A stretch of DNA of 64,000 bases, taken from Candidatus Bathyarchaeota archaeon (GTDB lineage Archaea > Thermoproteota > Bathyarchaeia > Bathyarchaeales > Bathycorpusculaceae). The position numbers were made by a program, and so were the translations under genes. This document shows, piece after piece, positions 49,830 through 60,314 of this stretch (position 1 is the first letter of the stretch; each line of letters opens with the position of its first letter). The stretch spans positions 160,001 to 224,000 of the forward strand of contig CAWHDT010000001.1 in NCBI GenBank assembly GCA_963828195.1. Reading direction: 5' to 3'. The notes beneath the pieces were generated by a model, which was given only the letters and a program-made list of their open reading frames with translations, did not search any database and had not been told where the DNA came from.

Positions 49830-51143
49830 ATGGCGCATAAAGCGATTAGGGAAGCTGACGGCAAACGCATGCTCGCCCGTCTATTCAAAGACTACTCCGA
49901 CGGAAAATACGAAATATCGGATAAGATCGTCACTGTCGCGCCAGATACCGACATGGCAAAGCTGCCGCTTCAACACAAGTGGTTGACCACGGAAAAATTG
50001 GTTGTCAAACCCGACCAGCTGATAAAGCGCAGAGGAAAAAATAAACTCATCCTTGTAGACGCGAGCTACGACCAGGCTAAGAAGTGGATAGCGGAAAAGT
50101 CGAAGGCTCCGATAACCGTCTACGGCAAATTTGATGCGCACGGAAAACCCGTGGACAAAGGAACAGTGGGGCAACTCACGCACTTCATTATCGAGCCAAT
50201 GGTATCGCACAAGGATTCGGATGAATATTATCTTGCAATTACGTCAACCAAGGACGGCGACGCTATTTTGTTTTACCACGAAGGCGGAGTGAACGTCGGA
50301 GATGTAGATGCCAAGGCGGCACGATTAGAAGTACCCATCGGAAAATTCCCGACGCATGCGGAGATTGAGACCAAACTTATGGAAAAAGTCACCGCTGAAT
50401 GCAAGAAGCGCCTATCAGGTTTCATCGAAGCTTTGTTCAAATTCTACGCAGACCTTAACTTCACTTACCTTGAAATGAACCCCATTGTCGTGACAAAGGA
50501 ATCAGTTATCCCGCTTGACCTCGCAGCTAAACTGGACAGCACCGCCGAGTTCGAGAGCGGCAGCAAATGGGGCAACATAGAGTTTCCCGCACCCTTCGGT
50601 CGAAGTCCTTCTAAAGAAGAAGCTTTTGTTGAGGATTTGGATGCTCAGACGGGTGCTTCGCTGAAACTTACTATTCTCAACCCTGACGGAAGAGTTTGGA
50701 CTATGGTGGCAGGAGGCGGGGCATCAGTCATATACGCCGACACGATTACCGATCTTGGCTACATAAACGAGTTAGCCAACTACGGCGAATATTCGGGCGA
50801 CCCAACTGAGGAATTCACCTATCTCTACGCCAAAACAATACTTGACCTCATGACTCGAAATCCAAACCCAAAAGGCAAGTATCTGCTCATAGGCGGCGGC
50901 ATAGCAAACTTCACCGACGTAGCCAGCACATTCAAGGGCATAATTAAAGCGCTCAAAGAGTTCCAAAAGGAACTGCAGACGAACAAGGTCAAAATATACG
51001 TTCGTAGAGGTGGACCCAACTACCAAGAAGGCTTGTGCAAGATGAGAGCGCTCGGAGACATGCTCGGCGTGCCCATTGAAGTCTATGGACCGGAAACTCA
51101 CATGACCAAAATTGTTTCTTTAGCTCTGAAGGGAGGAAAATAA
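49830..51143 (+). CDS. aclB: ATP citrate lyase beta subunit
   Basis: [53 protein letters not shown]. Confidence 0.96.
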   Translation: MAHKAIREADGKRMLARLFKDYSDGKYEISDKIVTVAPDTDMAKLPLQHKWLTTEKLVVKPDQLIKRRGKNKLILVDASYDQAKKWIAEKSKAPITVYGKFDAHGKPVDKGTVGQLTHFIIEPMVSHKDSDEYYLAITSTKDGDAILFYHEGGVNVGDVDAKAARLEVPIGKFPTHAEIETKLMEKVTAECKKRLSGFIEALFKFYADLNFTYLEMNPIVVTKESVIPLDLAAKLDSTAEFESGSKWGNIEFPAPFGRSPSKEEAFVEDLDAQTGASLKLTILNPDGRVWTMVAGGGASVIYADTITDLGYINELANYGEYSGDPTEEFTYLYAKTILDLMTRNPNPKGKYLLIGGGIANFTDVASTFKGIIKALKEFQKELQTNKVKIYVRRGGPNYQEGLCKMRALGDMLGVPIEVYGPETHMTKIVSLALKGGK

Positions 51144-51144
51144 C

Positions 51145-52998
51145 GTGTCAAAGGCAACGCCAGCCAAGAAAACCAATCCTTATGAATTATTCGACCGTAA
51201 TACACAAGCTTTCATCTACAATAACCAGATCAATGCAACGCAGCGAATGTTGGATTTTGACTATGCCTCATGCCGCGAAACACCCTCAGTAGCAGCAATA
51301 ATCAACCCAACTGGCTCAGACAGTTACTCGAAGGTCTTCTTTGGTACACGCGAGATCCTAATACCTGTGTACAAGACCATTGAGAAAGCAGCTAAGATGC
51401 ATCCTAACGTTGACGTCATGATAAACTTTGCATCCTTCAGGTCCGCAGCACCCTCCACCGAGGAAGCACTAGACATACCGCAGATAAGGACTATTGTAAT
51501 AATCGCTGAAGGAGTGCCTGAGAGGCGAACAAAACTTCTCACCGCCAAATCCAAAGCCCTCGGAAAAATCATCATCGGTCCCGCAACTGTCGGAGGCGTA
51601 AAAGCCGGCTGCTTCAAAATCGGCAACGCTGGCGGCACAATCGAAAACATCATTGAATCCAAACTTCACAGACCCGGCTCCGTAGGCTTCGTATCTAAAT
51701 CCGGCGGTCTAAGCAACGAAGCCTACAACATAATCGCTCGAAACACCGACGGCTTGTACGAAGGCATAGCCATAGGCGGAGACACATACCCATGCTCCAC
51801 ACTGATAGAACATCTATTGCGGTTTGAGAATATACCCGAGATCAAGATGCTTGTGTGCCTGGGTGAAGTTGGCGGAAACGCAGAGTACGAGATTGCCGAG
51901 GCAATTAAGAATAAGAAAATAACAAAGCCGCTGGTAATTTGGGTCACTGGAACATGTTCCAAGGCATTCAAGACGGAAGTTCAGTTCGGGCACGCTGGCG
52001 CAAAAGCAGGCTGCGAAGTGGAAACCGCCGACGCAAAGAATACAGCTCTAAAGGCTGCCGGCGCCATAGTTCCCAACTCATACGACGACTACGACCAAGC
52101 AATAAAAGCCACATACGAAAGCTTAGTCAAAAAAGGCATAATAAAACCAAAGCCAGAACCCCCCGTGCCGAAAATCCCAATGGATTATGCTAAAGCGCTC
52201 AAAGAAGGGCTCATCAGGAAACCTTCCAACTTCATCTGCACAATCTCAGATGACCGAGGCGAAGAACTGCTTTATGGCAAGATGCCCATTTCCGAGGTCT
52301 TCAACAAAGACATTGGAATCGGCGGAGTACTCAGCATCCTCTGGTTCAAACAGCAGTTTCCCCCGTACGCAACCAAATTCATAGAGATGACGATCATGGT
52401 TACAGCAGACCATGGGCCCGCAGTTTCGGGTGCCCACAACACCATTGTCGCGGCAAGAGCAGGTAAAGACTTGATGTCTTCAGTTGCGAGCGGATTGTTG
52501 ACGATTGGTCCAAGGTTCGGAGGCGCCATCGACGGTGCAGCGGAGATGTTCTCCAGCGCTTATGATAGAGGATTAACTCCGATCCAGTTTGTCGAGGAAA
52601 TGAAAGCGAAAGGTGAGAACATCCAGGGCATCGGGCACTTGGTGAAGAGTATACACAACCCTGACAAGAGAGTCACGATTCTAAAAGAATACGCGAAGAA
52701 ACACTTCAAAAACACTCCGCTCTTGGACTTTGCCCTTGAGGTGGAGAAGATCACAACAGCAAAGAAAGACAACCTTATCTTAAATGTTGATGGCTGCATC
52801 GGCATTTGCTTTGTGGACATGCTGAGGAACGAGATGCCCAAGAATGAAGCCGACGAATACGTCAGGATGGGCGGTCTGAACGGCTTATTTGTTGTGGGTA
52901 GAACTATCGGTATGACTGCGCATTACCTAGACCAGAAGCGGCTCAAACAGGGTCTTTACAGACACCCATGGGACGATATTGCCTACATGACGAAATAG
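51145..52998 (+). CDS. aclA: ATP citrate lyase alpha subunit
   Basis: [22 protein letters not shown], catalytic [32 protein letters not shown]. Confidence 0.96.
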   Translation: MSKATPAKKTNPYELFDRNTQAFIYNNQINATQRMLDFDYASCRETPSVAAIINPTGSDSYSKVFFGTREILIPVYKTIEKAAKMHPNVDVMINFASFRSAAPSTEEALDIPQIRTIVIIAEGVPERRTKLLTAKSKALGKIIIGPATVGGVKAGCFKIGNAGGTIENIIESKLHRPGSVGFVSKSGGLSNEAYNIIARNTDGLYEGIAIGGDTYPCSTLIEHLLRFENIPEIKMLVCLGEVGGNAEYEIAEAIKNKKITKPLVIWVTGTCSKAFKTEVQFGHAGAKAGCEVETADAKNTALKAAGAIVPNSYDDYDQAIKATYESLVKKGIIKPKPEPPVPKIPMDYAKALKEGLIRKPSNFICTISDDRGEELLYGKMPISEVFNKDIGIGGVLSILWFKQQFPPYATKFIEMTIMVTADHGPAVSGAHNTIVAARAGKDLMSSVASGLLTIGPRFGGAIDGAAEMFSSAYDRGLTPIQFVEEMKAKGENIQGIGHLVKSIHNPDKRVTILKEYAKKHFKNTPLLDFALEVEKITTAKKDNLILNVDGCIGICFVDMLRNEMPKNEADEYVRMGGLNGLFVVGRTIGMTAHYLDQKRLKQGLYRHPWDDIAYMTK

Positions 52999-53016
52999 GT
53001 GCCTTCAAAGAGCAGA

Positions 53017-53052
53017 TAGCGGCTTTTTCTTGACCGCTAATTTTGTTTTTTC
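53017..53052 (+). terminator. Hairpin plus T-tract after the acl operon
   Basis: TAGCGG...CCGCTA stem followed by ATTTTGTTTTTT. Confidence 0.5.
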
Positions 53053-53082
53053 CAATTAAACGGTGAGACTTTTTTGCGCGTT

Positions 53083-53286
53083 TTACTCTTCGCTCTCAAC
53101 CAAACGTCTGAGCCATTCTAAATAATCATTTCCGGAAAGCCACTCAACGTAAGGTTTTTCTGAGTTCGTTAACGGTACAATCCGCACAAAATGACGACCA
53201 TCCGCAGTCTTAAACAAAACAGCCTTGAAGTCACCAAAGTCACTAACGCCTTCAGCAATCTTTTCCATTTTGTTAAACACACTCAT
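53083..53286 (-). CDS. Small hypothetical protein
   Basis: 67-aa ATG ORF with protein-like composition and AT-rich upstream promoter region. Confidence 0.6.
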   Translation of the reverse strand: MSVFNKMEKIAEGVSDFGDFKAVLFKTADGRHFVRIVPLTNSEKPYVEWLSGNDYLEWLRRLVESEE

Positions 53287-53610
53287 TAAACCAGTATTAT
53301 TTGAGTTTTAGATATAAAATTAACTCAACTCACGCTTAATTTTGTAGTTTTTTGTTTGGCGTTAATCATTTTGAGTAATTTCGTGGGAAGCCCCTTGAAA
53401 GGCAATGTACGTACAGAGGGAGTCAGCGTTTTAGGAGAACTTTCCCCTAACATTACCCACTCCTCAAAAAACCGGTGAACTTACGCCTTTTACTCTGTGG
53501 AATGATTATGGGAACTCTGGAATTTTGCTTAATTGTTAAAAACTAAATAAATATCTATATATGGTTGTTGTTCAGAATGTTTTGGGTAGAACAGTACTAT
53601 TGGTGAATGT

Positions 53611-54003
53611 ATGAGCAGACCAGTTGATGTCGGAGAACTGCGGGTTGGCGGCTATATGATGATTGAGGGCGAACCCTGCAAAATAGTAGACATCGCGAAA
53701 TCGAAGCCTGGAAAACACGGCTCAGCCAAAGCAAGGATAGTTGCCATCGGCGTGTTTGACGGCCAAAAAAGGCAATTCGTTAAACCTGTTGATTTAGGCG
53801 CTGAAATTCCCCTAATAGATAAACGCGCTGGGCAAGTTTTCGCCATTAACCCGACTGGAGTCCAAGTGATGGATCTGGAAACCTACGAATACTTAGATGC
53901 GCCTTTCCCTGATGAGCCTGAACTCAAAGCTAAACTAGCTGCCGGCGCAGAAATTGAGTACTGGAAGATACTTGGAAGAGTAAAAATCGTCAGGGTAAAA
54001 TAA
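53611..54003 (+). CDS. eif5a: Translation factor aIF5A
   Basis: Hypusine motif KSKPGKHGSAK. Confidence 0.97.
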   Translation: MSRPVDVGELRVGGYMMIEGEPCKIVDIAKSKPGKHGSAKARIVAIGVFDGQKRQFVKPVDLGAEIPLIDKRAGQVFAINPTGVQVMDLETYEYLDAPFPDEPELKAKLAAGAEIEYWKILGRVKIVRVK

Positions 54004-54193
54004 TCGGGGCACACTCCGCTACCGTGCATTTTCTATTATTTTCTTAAATTTTAGTTTTCAAAGTAACTTTTTTAAGCTTAAATTAAGCCCTCACCCAGAA
54101 AATCAATTAGAAACCAGCCCTGACTCTAAACAACCTCTCCTAAAGAAGGGTCTACTATTTGTGCCAAAAACCAGCCGCAAAAAGAAACAGGAC

Positions 54194-54290
54194 AAAGAAG
54201 AAGAAGAAAAACGATTTCACGGAGCTTCTTCTTCTTTTAAAATTTTGCCAAGAAGAACAACATTTGTTTTCCGGGTGTTGTTGTTCTTTT
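54194..54290. terminator. Two tandem inverted repeats between convergent genes
   Basis: AAAGAAGAAGAAG/CTTCTTCTTCTTT (54194-54237) and AAGAACAACA/TGTTGTTCTT (54253-54288). Confidence 0.45.
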
Positions 54291-54344
54291 AAATTTTAAA
54301 ATTTCTAACAAAACCCGCCACAAAAAGCCGCTTTTACAGGTTAT

Positions 54345-54545
54345 TTAGCTCCACCATTTCCAGCCTGCCCGTTTGAAGCCAAGGTACATTGCTAAGAGAA
54401 TTAAACCCCAGCCCAACGGAATACTTGCGATTACAAGTATGAGGTTGGCTTTGAGGTAAGTGTAGCTTGCCCAGGCGCTTAAAACCGTTAAGCCGACAAG
54501 TAATAAAACAAAAATGCCTGCGTGGATTGCTCTTTCTGCCTTCAA
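54345..54545 (-). CDS. Small two-TM membrane protein
   Basis: Two hydrophobic helices in 66 aa. Confidence 0.65.
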   Translation of the reverse strand: MKAERAIHAGIFVLLLVGLTVLSAWASYTYLKANLILVIASIPLGWGLILLAMYLGFKRAGWKWWS

Positions 54546-54633
54546 CTATTACACCAGTTGGTATTGTAGATTGTTTCGATGTTGTTAAAAGATTTTCCAT
54601 TAACATTTATGTTCTAGCTTGGAATCTTTGATG

Positions 54634-54703
54634 ATGAAGCCAATGATGCATGAAGAGCCGTCTGAATTGTGAAGATAGCTATAATGGGGAACTGAGGCTT
54701 CAT
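54634..54703 (+). ncRNA. Candidate box C/D guide sRNA
   Basis: Terminal stem ATGAAGCC/GGCTTCAT; box C ATGATGC (54643), D' CTGA (54662), C' GTGAAGA (54669), D CTGA (54692). Confidence 0.65.
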
Positions 54704-54835
54704 GTATAAGAACGATTGATCTTCAGGCAAAAATGGTCGTCTTAACGAATAATCGAATAAGTTAGGTGTTTCCTTTCGTTTTTGGCTGTAATCTTTATCT
54801 GAAAGGATTATAGATTGTTATGGCTGGAGACCCAG

Positions 54836-56185
54836 ATGGCACTCGACAAGCTCAGTTCTTCTCTGACAGATGCTATAAAAAAACTGTTTAAGGCTAGCGT
54901 AGTGGACGAAGCCGCAGTGAAGGAACTTGTCCGTGACATCCAAAGAGCCCTGCTTCAAGCCGACGTAAATGTTCAACTTGTCCTCGAAATATCCAAGCGC
55001 ATAGAAGAACGAGCTTTAAAAGAAAAAGTTCCCCCTGGCATTTCCAGACGTGAGCATGTAATCAAAGTTGTTTACGAAGAGTTAACGCGTTTTGTCGGCG
55101 ACAAGCCCGTTCCAATCAAAATGGAGCCTGGAAAAAGAAAACTCATAATGCTCGTGGGAATCCAAGGTTCAGGAAAAACAACTCACGCAGCAAAACTCGC
55201 GCGGTATTTCCAGAAAAGAGGCTTAAAGCCGGCGTTGATTTGCGCTGACACTTTTCGTCCGGGCGCGTTTGCTCAGCTTCAGCAGTTGGCTGCCCGAATA
55301 AATATTCCAATTTACGGCGACTTGAAAGCTAAAGACCCAATTAAAGTCGTTAAAGAAGGGTTAAAACAATTCAACGACAAGGACCTAGTAATCATTGATA
55401 CGTCAGGTAGGCACAAAGAAGAAAAAGATCTAATAAAAGAAATGAAGGATCTTGAAAAACACGTCAAACCTGACGAAGTCATAATGGTTATCGACGGCAC
55501 CATCGGTCAGCAAGCACTTATTCAAGCTAAAACGTTCCATGAAGCAACACCCATAGGCGCAATTATCGTAACTAAACTTGACGGCTCCTCACGTGGAGGA
55601 GGCGCGCTTTCAGCCGTAGCGGCAACAGGTGCTCCCATAAAGTTTATTGGTACAGGCGAAAAAATCGAAGACATCGAGCCGTTTATTCCATCGCGTTTCG
55701 TCGGTCGACTCCTCGGCATGGGCGATTTAGAAACGCTTTTGGAAAAAGTGCATGACGCTGAAATCAAGGTTCCACCAAAAAAGGCTAAGGAAATAATGAG
55801 CGGCAATTTCACCCTGACCGACATGTACGAGCAGTTTCAAGCTGTCAAAAAAATGGGGCCTTTCAGTAAAGTGCTAAAGATGTTGCCTGGCATGTCTTCT
55901 TCTGATATTCCGCAAGATATGCTCAATTCAGCTGAAGGCCGCTTGGATAAATGGGGCGTAATAATTCAATCCATGACCCCTAAAGAAAGGGATAACCCCA
56001 AAATATTGAATTCCAGTCGGGCAAGACGAGTGGCGCGCGGTTCAGGAGCAACGGAAAAAGAGGTTAAAGAACTCCTCAAGCAATACGTTATGATGCGTAA
56101 AATGCTAAAGACGTTTAAACGTAAAAAGAAACTGCCCTTCGGACTCGGCGGACAAGGAATGCCAGCTAACTTTCCAGTAGGCTAA
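54836..56185 (+). CDS. srp54: Signal recognition particle protein SRP54
   Basis: LLQADVN, GIQGSGKTT, DTSGRH, TKLDG, M domain IIQSMT. Confidence 0.97.
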   Translation: MALDKLSSSLTDAIKKLFKASVVDEAAVKELVRDIQRALLQADVNVQLVLEISKRIEERALKEKVPPGISRREHVIKVVYEELTRFVGDKPVPIKMEPGKRKLIMLVGIQGSGKTTHAAKLARYFQKRGLKPALICADTFRPGAFAQLQQLAARINIPIYGDLKAKDPIKVVKEGLKQFNDKDLVIIDTSGRHKEEKDLIKEMKDLEKHVKPDEVIMVIDGTIGQQALIQAKTFHEATPIGAIIVTKLDGSSRGGGALSAVAATGAPIKFIGTGEKIEDIEPFIPSRFVGRLLGMGDLETLLEKVHDAEIKVPPKKAKEIMSGNFTLTDMYEQFQAVKKMGPFSKVLKMLPGMSSSDIPQDMLNSAEGRLDKWGVIIQSMTPKERDNPKILNSSRARRVARGSGATEKEVKELLKQYVMMRKMLKTFKRKKKLPFGLGGQGMPANFPVG

Positions 56186-56191
56186 GCGCAC

Positions 56192-57526
56192 ATGGATGTT
56201 TTAGAAAAAGCAATGGAGCTTCTTGGCAAATACCCCCTCTGCGACCACTGCCTAGGCAGACAATTCGCTTCACTTGGTTACAGCATGGAAAATAACGTTC
56301 GAGGCTCCGCATTAAAGATCAGCTTAACCATGCAAGCCAACGAACTCGCTAAAGAAGAAAACAAAAACGGAATCGGGCAACTTAAAATTTTAGCAACCAA
56401 TGGTTTTTCAAAAGAAGCACAGCAAACCATAAAACACCTCAAAAAACGCCTTCCCAAAGAAGCCTCAGAAACAACATGTTTCCTCTGCGAAAACAAATTT
56501 GAGCTTCTTGACGATTTAACTGAAAAATCCTTAAGCGCCCTTGCTGGCTACGAGTTTACCACTTTTCTTGTGGGGATTGAGTTGCCAGTTAAGGTTGAGG
56601 AACGCGAAGACGAGTTCAAGGCTGCCCTGAACCTTAGCTATAGTGAAAGTATCAAGCATGAGTTTGGACGATTATTCGGCAAAGCCCTTGCCGTCCGCAC
56701 AGGCAAAGAAGTAGATTACTTAGTGCCCGATGTAGTCGTAGTGGTGAACCCCTTCCAACAGCAAGTGAGACTCCAAATTAACCCACTTTTCGTCGGCGGC
56801 AGATACCGCAAGCTTGTGCGCGATATTCCACAGTCCAAATGGTTCTGCTCCAACTGTCGCGGAAGAGGCTGTGAGAAATGCGGTGGAACCGGCAAGCTGT
56901 ATCCGGAGTCAGTTGAAGAGCTCTCTTCAAAGCCTCTATTGGAAGCAACGGAAGGTGAAAAAACATCTTTTCACGCCTCCGGACGCGAAGACATCGATGC
57001 GCGAATGCTGGGAACTGGGCGACCTTTTGTTATAGAGATTTCTAAGCCTAAGAAACGCTTCATCGATTTGAAACAGACTGAAGCCAAAATCAACGCTGAA
57101 GCCGTTGGGAAGGTTGAGGTTTCACGATTGCGTTTCACCACTAAAGATGTGGTTAGGCGCCTCAAGAAGGGGGAAGGTGCACAGAAAGAATATCGGTTGT
57201 TAGCAGAATTTGAGAATGAGGTTTCCGACGAAGGTTTGCGCATGTTGGAGGAAAAGCTTACTGGGGCTTCAATAAATCAGCAGACGCCTATTCGGGTCAT
57301 GCATAGGCGGGCGGATTTAATCCGAGAAAGGTACATATATAAGTTTAAAGTTAGGAAGGTGTCGCTTAAGAGGGCCTTGATGGAAATTCGTTGCCAAGGA
57401 GGCCTCTACGTCAAAGAATTGGTGTCTGGAGATGAAGGAAGAACACTTCCAAATGTTTCAGATTTGCTTGGAAACAGAGGGAAGACGCTTAAACTTGACG
57501 TTCTTAAAGTAATAATGGATGATTAA
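56192..57526 (+). CDS. pus10: tRNA pseudouridine(54/55) synthase Pus10
   Basis: LCDHCLGR, GRYRKLVRDIPQ, SGREDIDARMLG, QQTPIRV, GGLYVKEL. Confidence 0.96.
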   Translation: MDVLEKAMELLGKYPLCDHCLGRQFASLGYSMENNVRGSALKISLTMQANELAKEENKNGIGQLKILATNGFSKEAQQTIKHLKKRLPKEASETTCFLCENKFELLDDLTEKSLSALAGYEFTTFLVGIELPVKVEEREDEFKAALNLSYSESIKHEFGRLFGKALAVRTGKEVDYLVPDVVVVVNPFQQQVRLQINPLFVGGRYRKLVRDIPQSKWFCSNCRGRGCEKCGGTGKLYPESVEELSSKPLLEATEGEKTSFHASGREDIDARMLGTGRPFVIEISKPKKRFIDLKQTEAKINAEAVGKVEVSRLRFTTKDVVRRLKKGEGAQKEYRLLAEFENEVSDEGLRMLEEKLTGASINQQTPIRVMHRRADLIRERYIYKFKVRKVSLKRALMEIRCQGGLYVKELVSGDEGRTLPNVSDLLGNRGKTLKLDVLKVIMDD

Positions 57527-57538
57527 GGTGAAAATTAG

Positions 57539-57844
57539 ATGAGAGGTTCAAAAGGATTATACGCGGGCACCCGCAGTCTGCTTAGAAAGCCAACTCGAGA
57601 AAAAGGCAAGCCACACATTGGCAAAATACTTCAAGTGTATCAGCCCGGGGCTCAAGTGATAATTAGAATGGATTCTAGCGTACAGAAAAGTATGCCTCAT
57701 AAACGGTTCCATGGCAAAATAGGCACCGTAATCGAAAAGCGAGGCAGAGGATACGTGATAAGCGTGCCTCAAGGTAACAGCATTAAACAGATTATTGTCC
57801 GCTCTGAACATATCGAGTCGTATATGGGCAGTGGAGAAAAATGA
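57539..57844 (+). CDS. rpl21e: Ribosomal protein L21e
   Basis: GTRSLLRK, MPHKRFHGKIG, IIVRSEH. Confidence 0.95.
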   Translation: MRGSKGLYAGTRSLLRKPTREKGKPHIGKILQVYQPGAQVIIRMDSSVQKSMPHKRFHGKIGTVIEKRGRGYVISVPQGNSIKQIIVRSEHIESYMGSGEK

Positions 57845-58179
57845 GTAAACGAGAAGTAAGCGAAAGCCGCTTGACGTTGCCGCAGGTTAAAAAGATATTA
57901 GGCGACATTGGCGAGGAAAATCTAGACCAGTTCCAACGCCGAACACTTGACTATGTAAACAAGTTCTCCAAAGTCGATCCTGAAAAGGCGGAAGAGCTCT
58001 TACAAACTCTTGTAAAAGAATATGAAATTGACGAAGCTGAAGCGATACAGATTATAAATTCTATGCCCGAAAAAGTTGATGAGCTGAGGGTTTTCTTGGC
58101 TGGCGGTCGCAAGATTATTGAGACAGCGAAATTGCACTCTATAGTTGCGCTTTTGAATGAGAGTAGACTTTTGAAGTAG
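57841..58179 (+). CDS. rpoF: RNA polymerase subunit F (Rpo4)
   Basis: QRRTLDYVNKFSK, IINSMPE..DELR; conserved position after rpl21e. Confidence 0.92.
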   Translation: MSKREVSESRLTLPQVKKILGDIGEENLDQFQRRTLDYVNKFSKVDPEKAEELLQTLVKEYEIDEAEAIQIINSMPEKVDELRVFLAGGRKIIETAKLHSIVALLNESRLLK

Positions 58180-58241
58180 CGGGAAACGGCTAAGTATTTT
58201 TAAGCAATAAGCGCAATAGACTATAGGGCTTAGTGACTGTT

Positions 58242-58808
58242 ATGGAAAAGCGGTATGAAGAGTACGCTTACGTGTTAGATTTCCTGCCGCATGGCAAGCC
58301 AGGGTTCCGTCCTACCGGGCGCGCGGGTTACAGAGCGGGAGCTTTAATTCAATGTGTAGGCGAAGAGTTTTTCACGTTATTGGAGGCTTTGGTGAAAGAG
58401 GGTTTAATGCTTAAGCCAGGAGACCGCGTGTACGTAGGAAAAGACTCTCGCGAAGAAGTAACCTACATCATAGGCCGCGTCGGTTTTGAAGAGTTATCCG
58501 CATCCGCCAAAGCGGAGCTTCCGAGCGTGATAAGTCTCATAGTGAAGAACCGTGAAAAATGGTTTGTGAACTTTTTCAACACCGCCCGAGCAATTACCCC
58601 ACGCATGCACGCTTTAGAGCTTGTTCCAGGTATAGGGAAAAAATACATGTGGCAAGTAATCAACGAGAGAGACCGCAAGCCATTCGAGAGTTTTGAGGAT
58701 TTGCAGAAGCGTACTGAATTGCCTAATCCCGTAAAGCTGATTACTAAACGAGTTATGGAAGAACTTGATGGCGACAGCAAGTACCGATTGTTCACTAGGG
58801 CGCTGTAA
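58242..58808 (+). CDS. DUF655-family RNA-binding protein
   Basis: EEYAYVLDFLPHG, FTLLE, RMHALELVPGIGKK. Confidence 0.93.
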   Translation: MEKRYEEYAYVLDFLPHGKPGFRPTGRAGYRAGALIQCVGEEFFTLLEALVKEGLMLKPGDRVYVGKDSREEVTYIIGRVGFEELSASAKAELPSVISLIVKNREKWFVNFFNTARAITPRMHALELVPGIGKKYMWQVINERDRKPFESFEDLQKRTELPNPVKLITKRVMEELDGDSKYRLFTRAL

Positions 58809-58819
58809 GGTATAACGCG

Positions 58820-59638
58820 ATGAGTCTTGAGGAAACGAAGGAGCTGCTTCGAACTTATCGAATTACCCCGAATAAGCTTTCGGGGCAGAATTTCATGGTC
58901 GCCTCCTCACTTTACGAGAGGCTGTGCAACTATGCCGCTCTCAGTTCTTCGGATGTGGTTTTGGATGCTGGAGCGGGATTTGGGTTTCTGAGTCGTTTCT
59001 TGGCTGATAAGTGCAAGGCTGTACTCGCGGTAGAAAAGGATCCGCAAGTTGCAAAAGCTCTCAGTGAACAGGTCAGAGACTGTGGTAATGTGGTGGTCAT
59101 AGAGGGCGATGTTTTGAAGGAAGTTTTGCCTGAGTTTAACAAGGTCATAGCGATTCCCCCTTACTATTTGTCTTCGCATCTTGTTACATGGCTTCTTGAA
59201 CGCAGAATTGAATGTGCGGTGATGATTTTACAAAAAGAATTTGCCAATCGACTGACAGCGGTCGCAGGTAGCGAGGATTACGGGTGGTTAACGGTATTAA
59301 CTTTTTTGCATGCAGGAGTTGAGCTTTTCGATGCGGTTCCCAAAGATATGTTTTATCCGCAGCCAGAAGTAGATTCGGTAATCGTTCGGATAAAGCCTCG
59401 GATTAAAAGTTCGGTTGAAATAAAAGATGAAAAGTTTTTAACTCAGATGCTTAAGTGGCTTTTTACACAGCGGAACAAGAAAGTAGGCAAAGCGCTTGCA
59501 CCATTTATCAAGTGCACCTTGAAAGTAAGCAAACAAGACGCCGAAAAACTGGCTCTTGCCCTGCCGTTTCACGATAGGCGTGCCCGAGAGCTTTCTCCCA
59601 AAGACTTCGGAGTATTGTCAAATGCCATTTCCAGTTAA
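58820..59638 (+). CDS. rsmA: 16S rRNA adenine dimethyltransferase
   Basis: GQNF, GAGFG, QKEFA.RL, FYPQPEVDS, FTQRNK. Confidence 0.93.
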   Translation: MSLEETKELLRTYRITPNKLSGQNFMVASSLYERLCNYAALSSSDVVLDAGAGFGFLSRFLADKCKAVLAVEKDPQVAKALSEQVRDCGNVVVIEGDVLKEVLPEFNKVIAIPPYYLSSHLVTWLLERRIECAVMILQKEFANRLTAVAGSEDYGWLTVLTFLHAGVELFDAVPKDMFYPQPEVDSVIVRIKPRIKSSVEIKDEKFLTQMLKWLFTQRNKKVGKALAPFIKCTLKVSKQDAEKLALALPFHDRRARELSPKDFGVLSNAISS

Positions 59639-60263
59639 GAGAGCGCATTTTGGAGATTACGTGTTTAACGTTTTTGAGAATGTTTACGAGCCTGCAGAGG
59701 ATTCCTATCTTTTCGCTGAAAACATTGATGTTGAAAAAGGCGCAAAGGTACTGGATGTCGGTATAGGCTGTGGCATCCTTGGAATAACAGCTGCAAAAAA
59801 AGCTGACATTGTTGTCGCGGTTGACGTAAATCCCTATGCTGTTTGCTGCGCCAGAGAGAATGCGGCGCTAAATAATGTGCTTGCTAAAATGGCGTTCATT
59901 CGAACTGACTTATTAACCGCTTTAAAAGAGAACGCAAAATTTGATTTGATCGTGTTCAACGCCCCGTATCTTCCTGCTGACGAGTGTGAAGAGACATCTT
60001 GGATCGGACGCTCATGGGCAGGAGGCATCAATGGACGGAAAGTTATAGACCGCTTCATCCCTCAAGCTTCACTGCATTTGAAACCCAGCGGTCAAATTCT
60101 CTTAATGCAATCTACGCTTGCAAATGTTGAAGAAACAATTAGCAAATTTGCTGCGTGCGGTCTTAAAGCAAGCATTAAAGCGGAGTGTAAACTGCCTTTT
60201 TTTGAGATTTTAACTCTTATTGAAGCAAAAAATGACTCTCGTGAGAAAGGCTTTTTGGTTTAG
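59622..60263 (+). CDS. HemK2/PrmC-like SAM-dependent methyltransferase
   Basis: VYEPAEDSYL, DVGIGCG, FNAPYLP, WAGG. Confidence 0.92.
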   Translation: MPFPVKRAHFGDYVFNVFENVYEPAEDSYLFAENIDVEKGAKVLDVGIGCGILGITAAKKADIVVAVDVNPYAVCCARENAALNNVLAKMAFIRTDLLTALKENAKFDLIVFNAPYLPADECEETSWIGRSWAGGINGRKVIDRFIPQASLHLKPSGQILLMQSTLANVEETISKFAACGLKASIKAECKLPFFEILTLIEAKNDSREKGFLV

Positions 60264-60314
60264 CTGAAAAGCAAATAAAGGTATAGTGTATTGAGTATTG
60301 TCGGTGATTGCAAA

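Noticed and set aside
46652-52998. Proof of autotrophic reverse TCA cycle
   Set aside because: Other key rTCA enzymes are not in this window, and ACL alone is insufficient evidence
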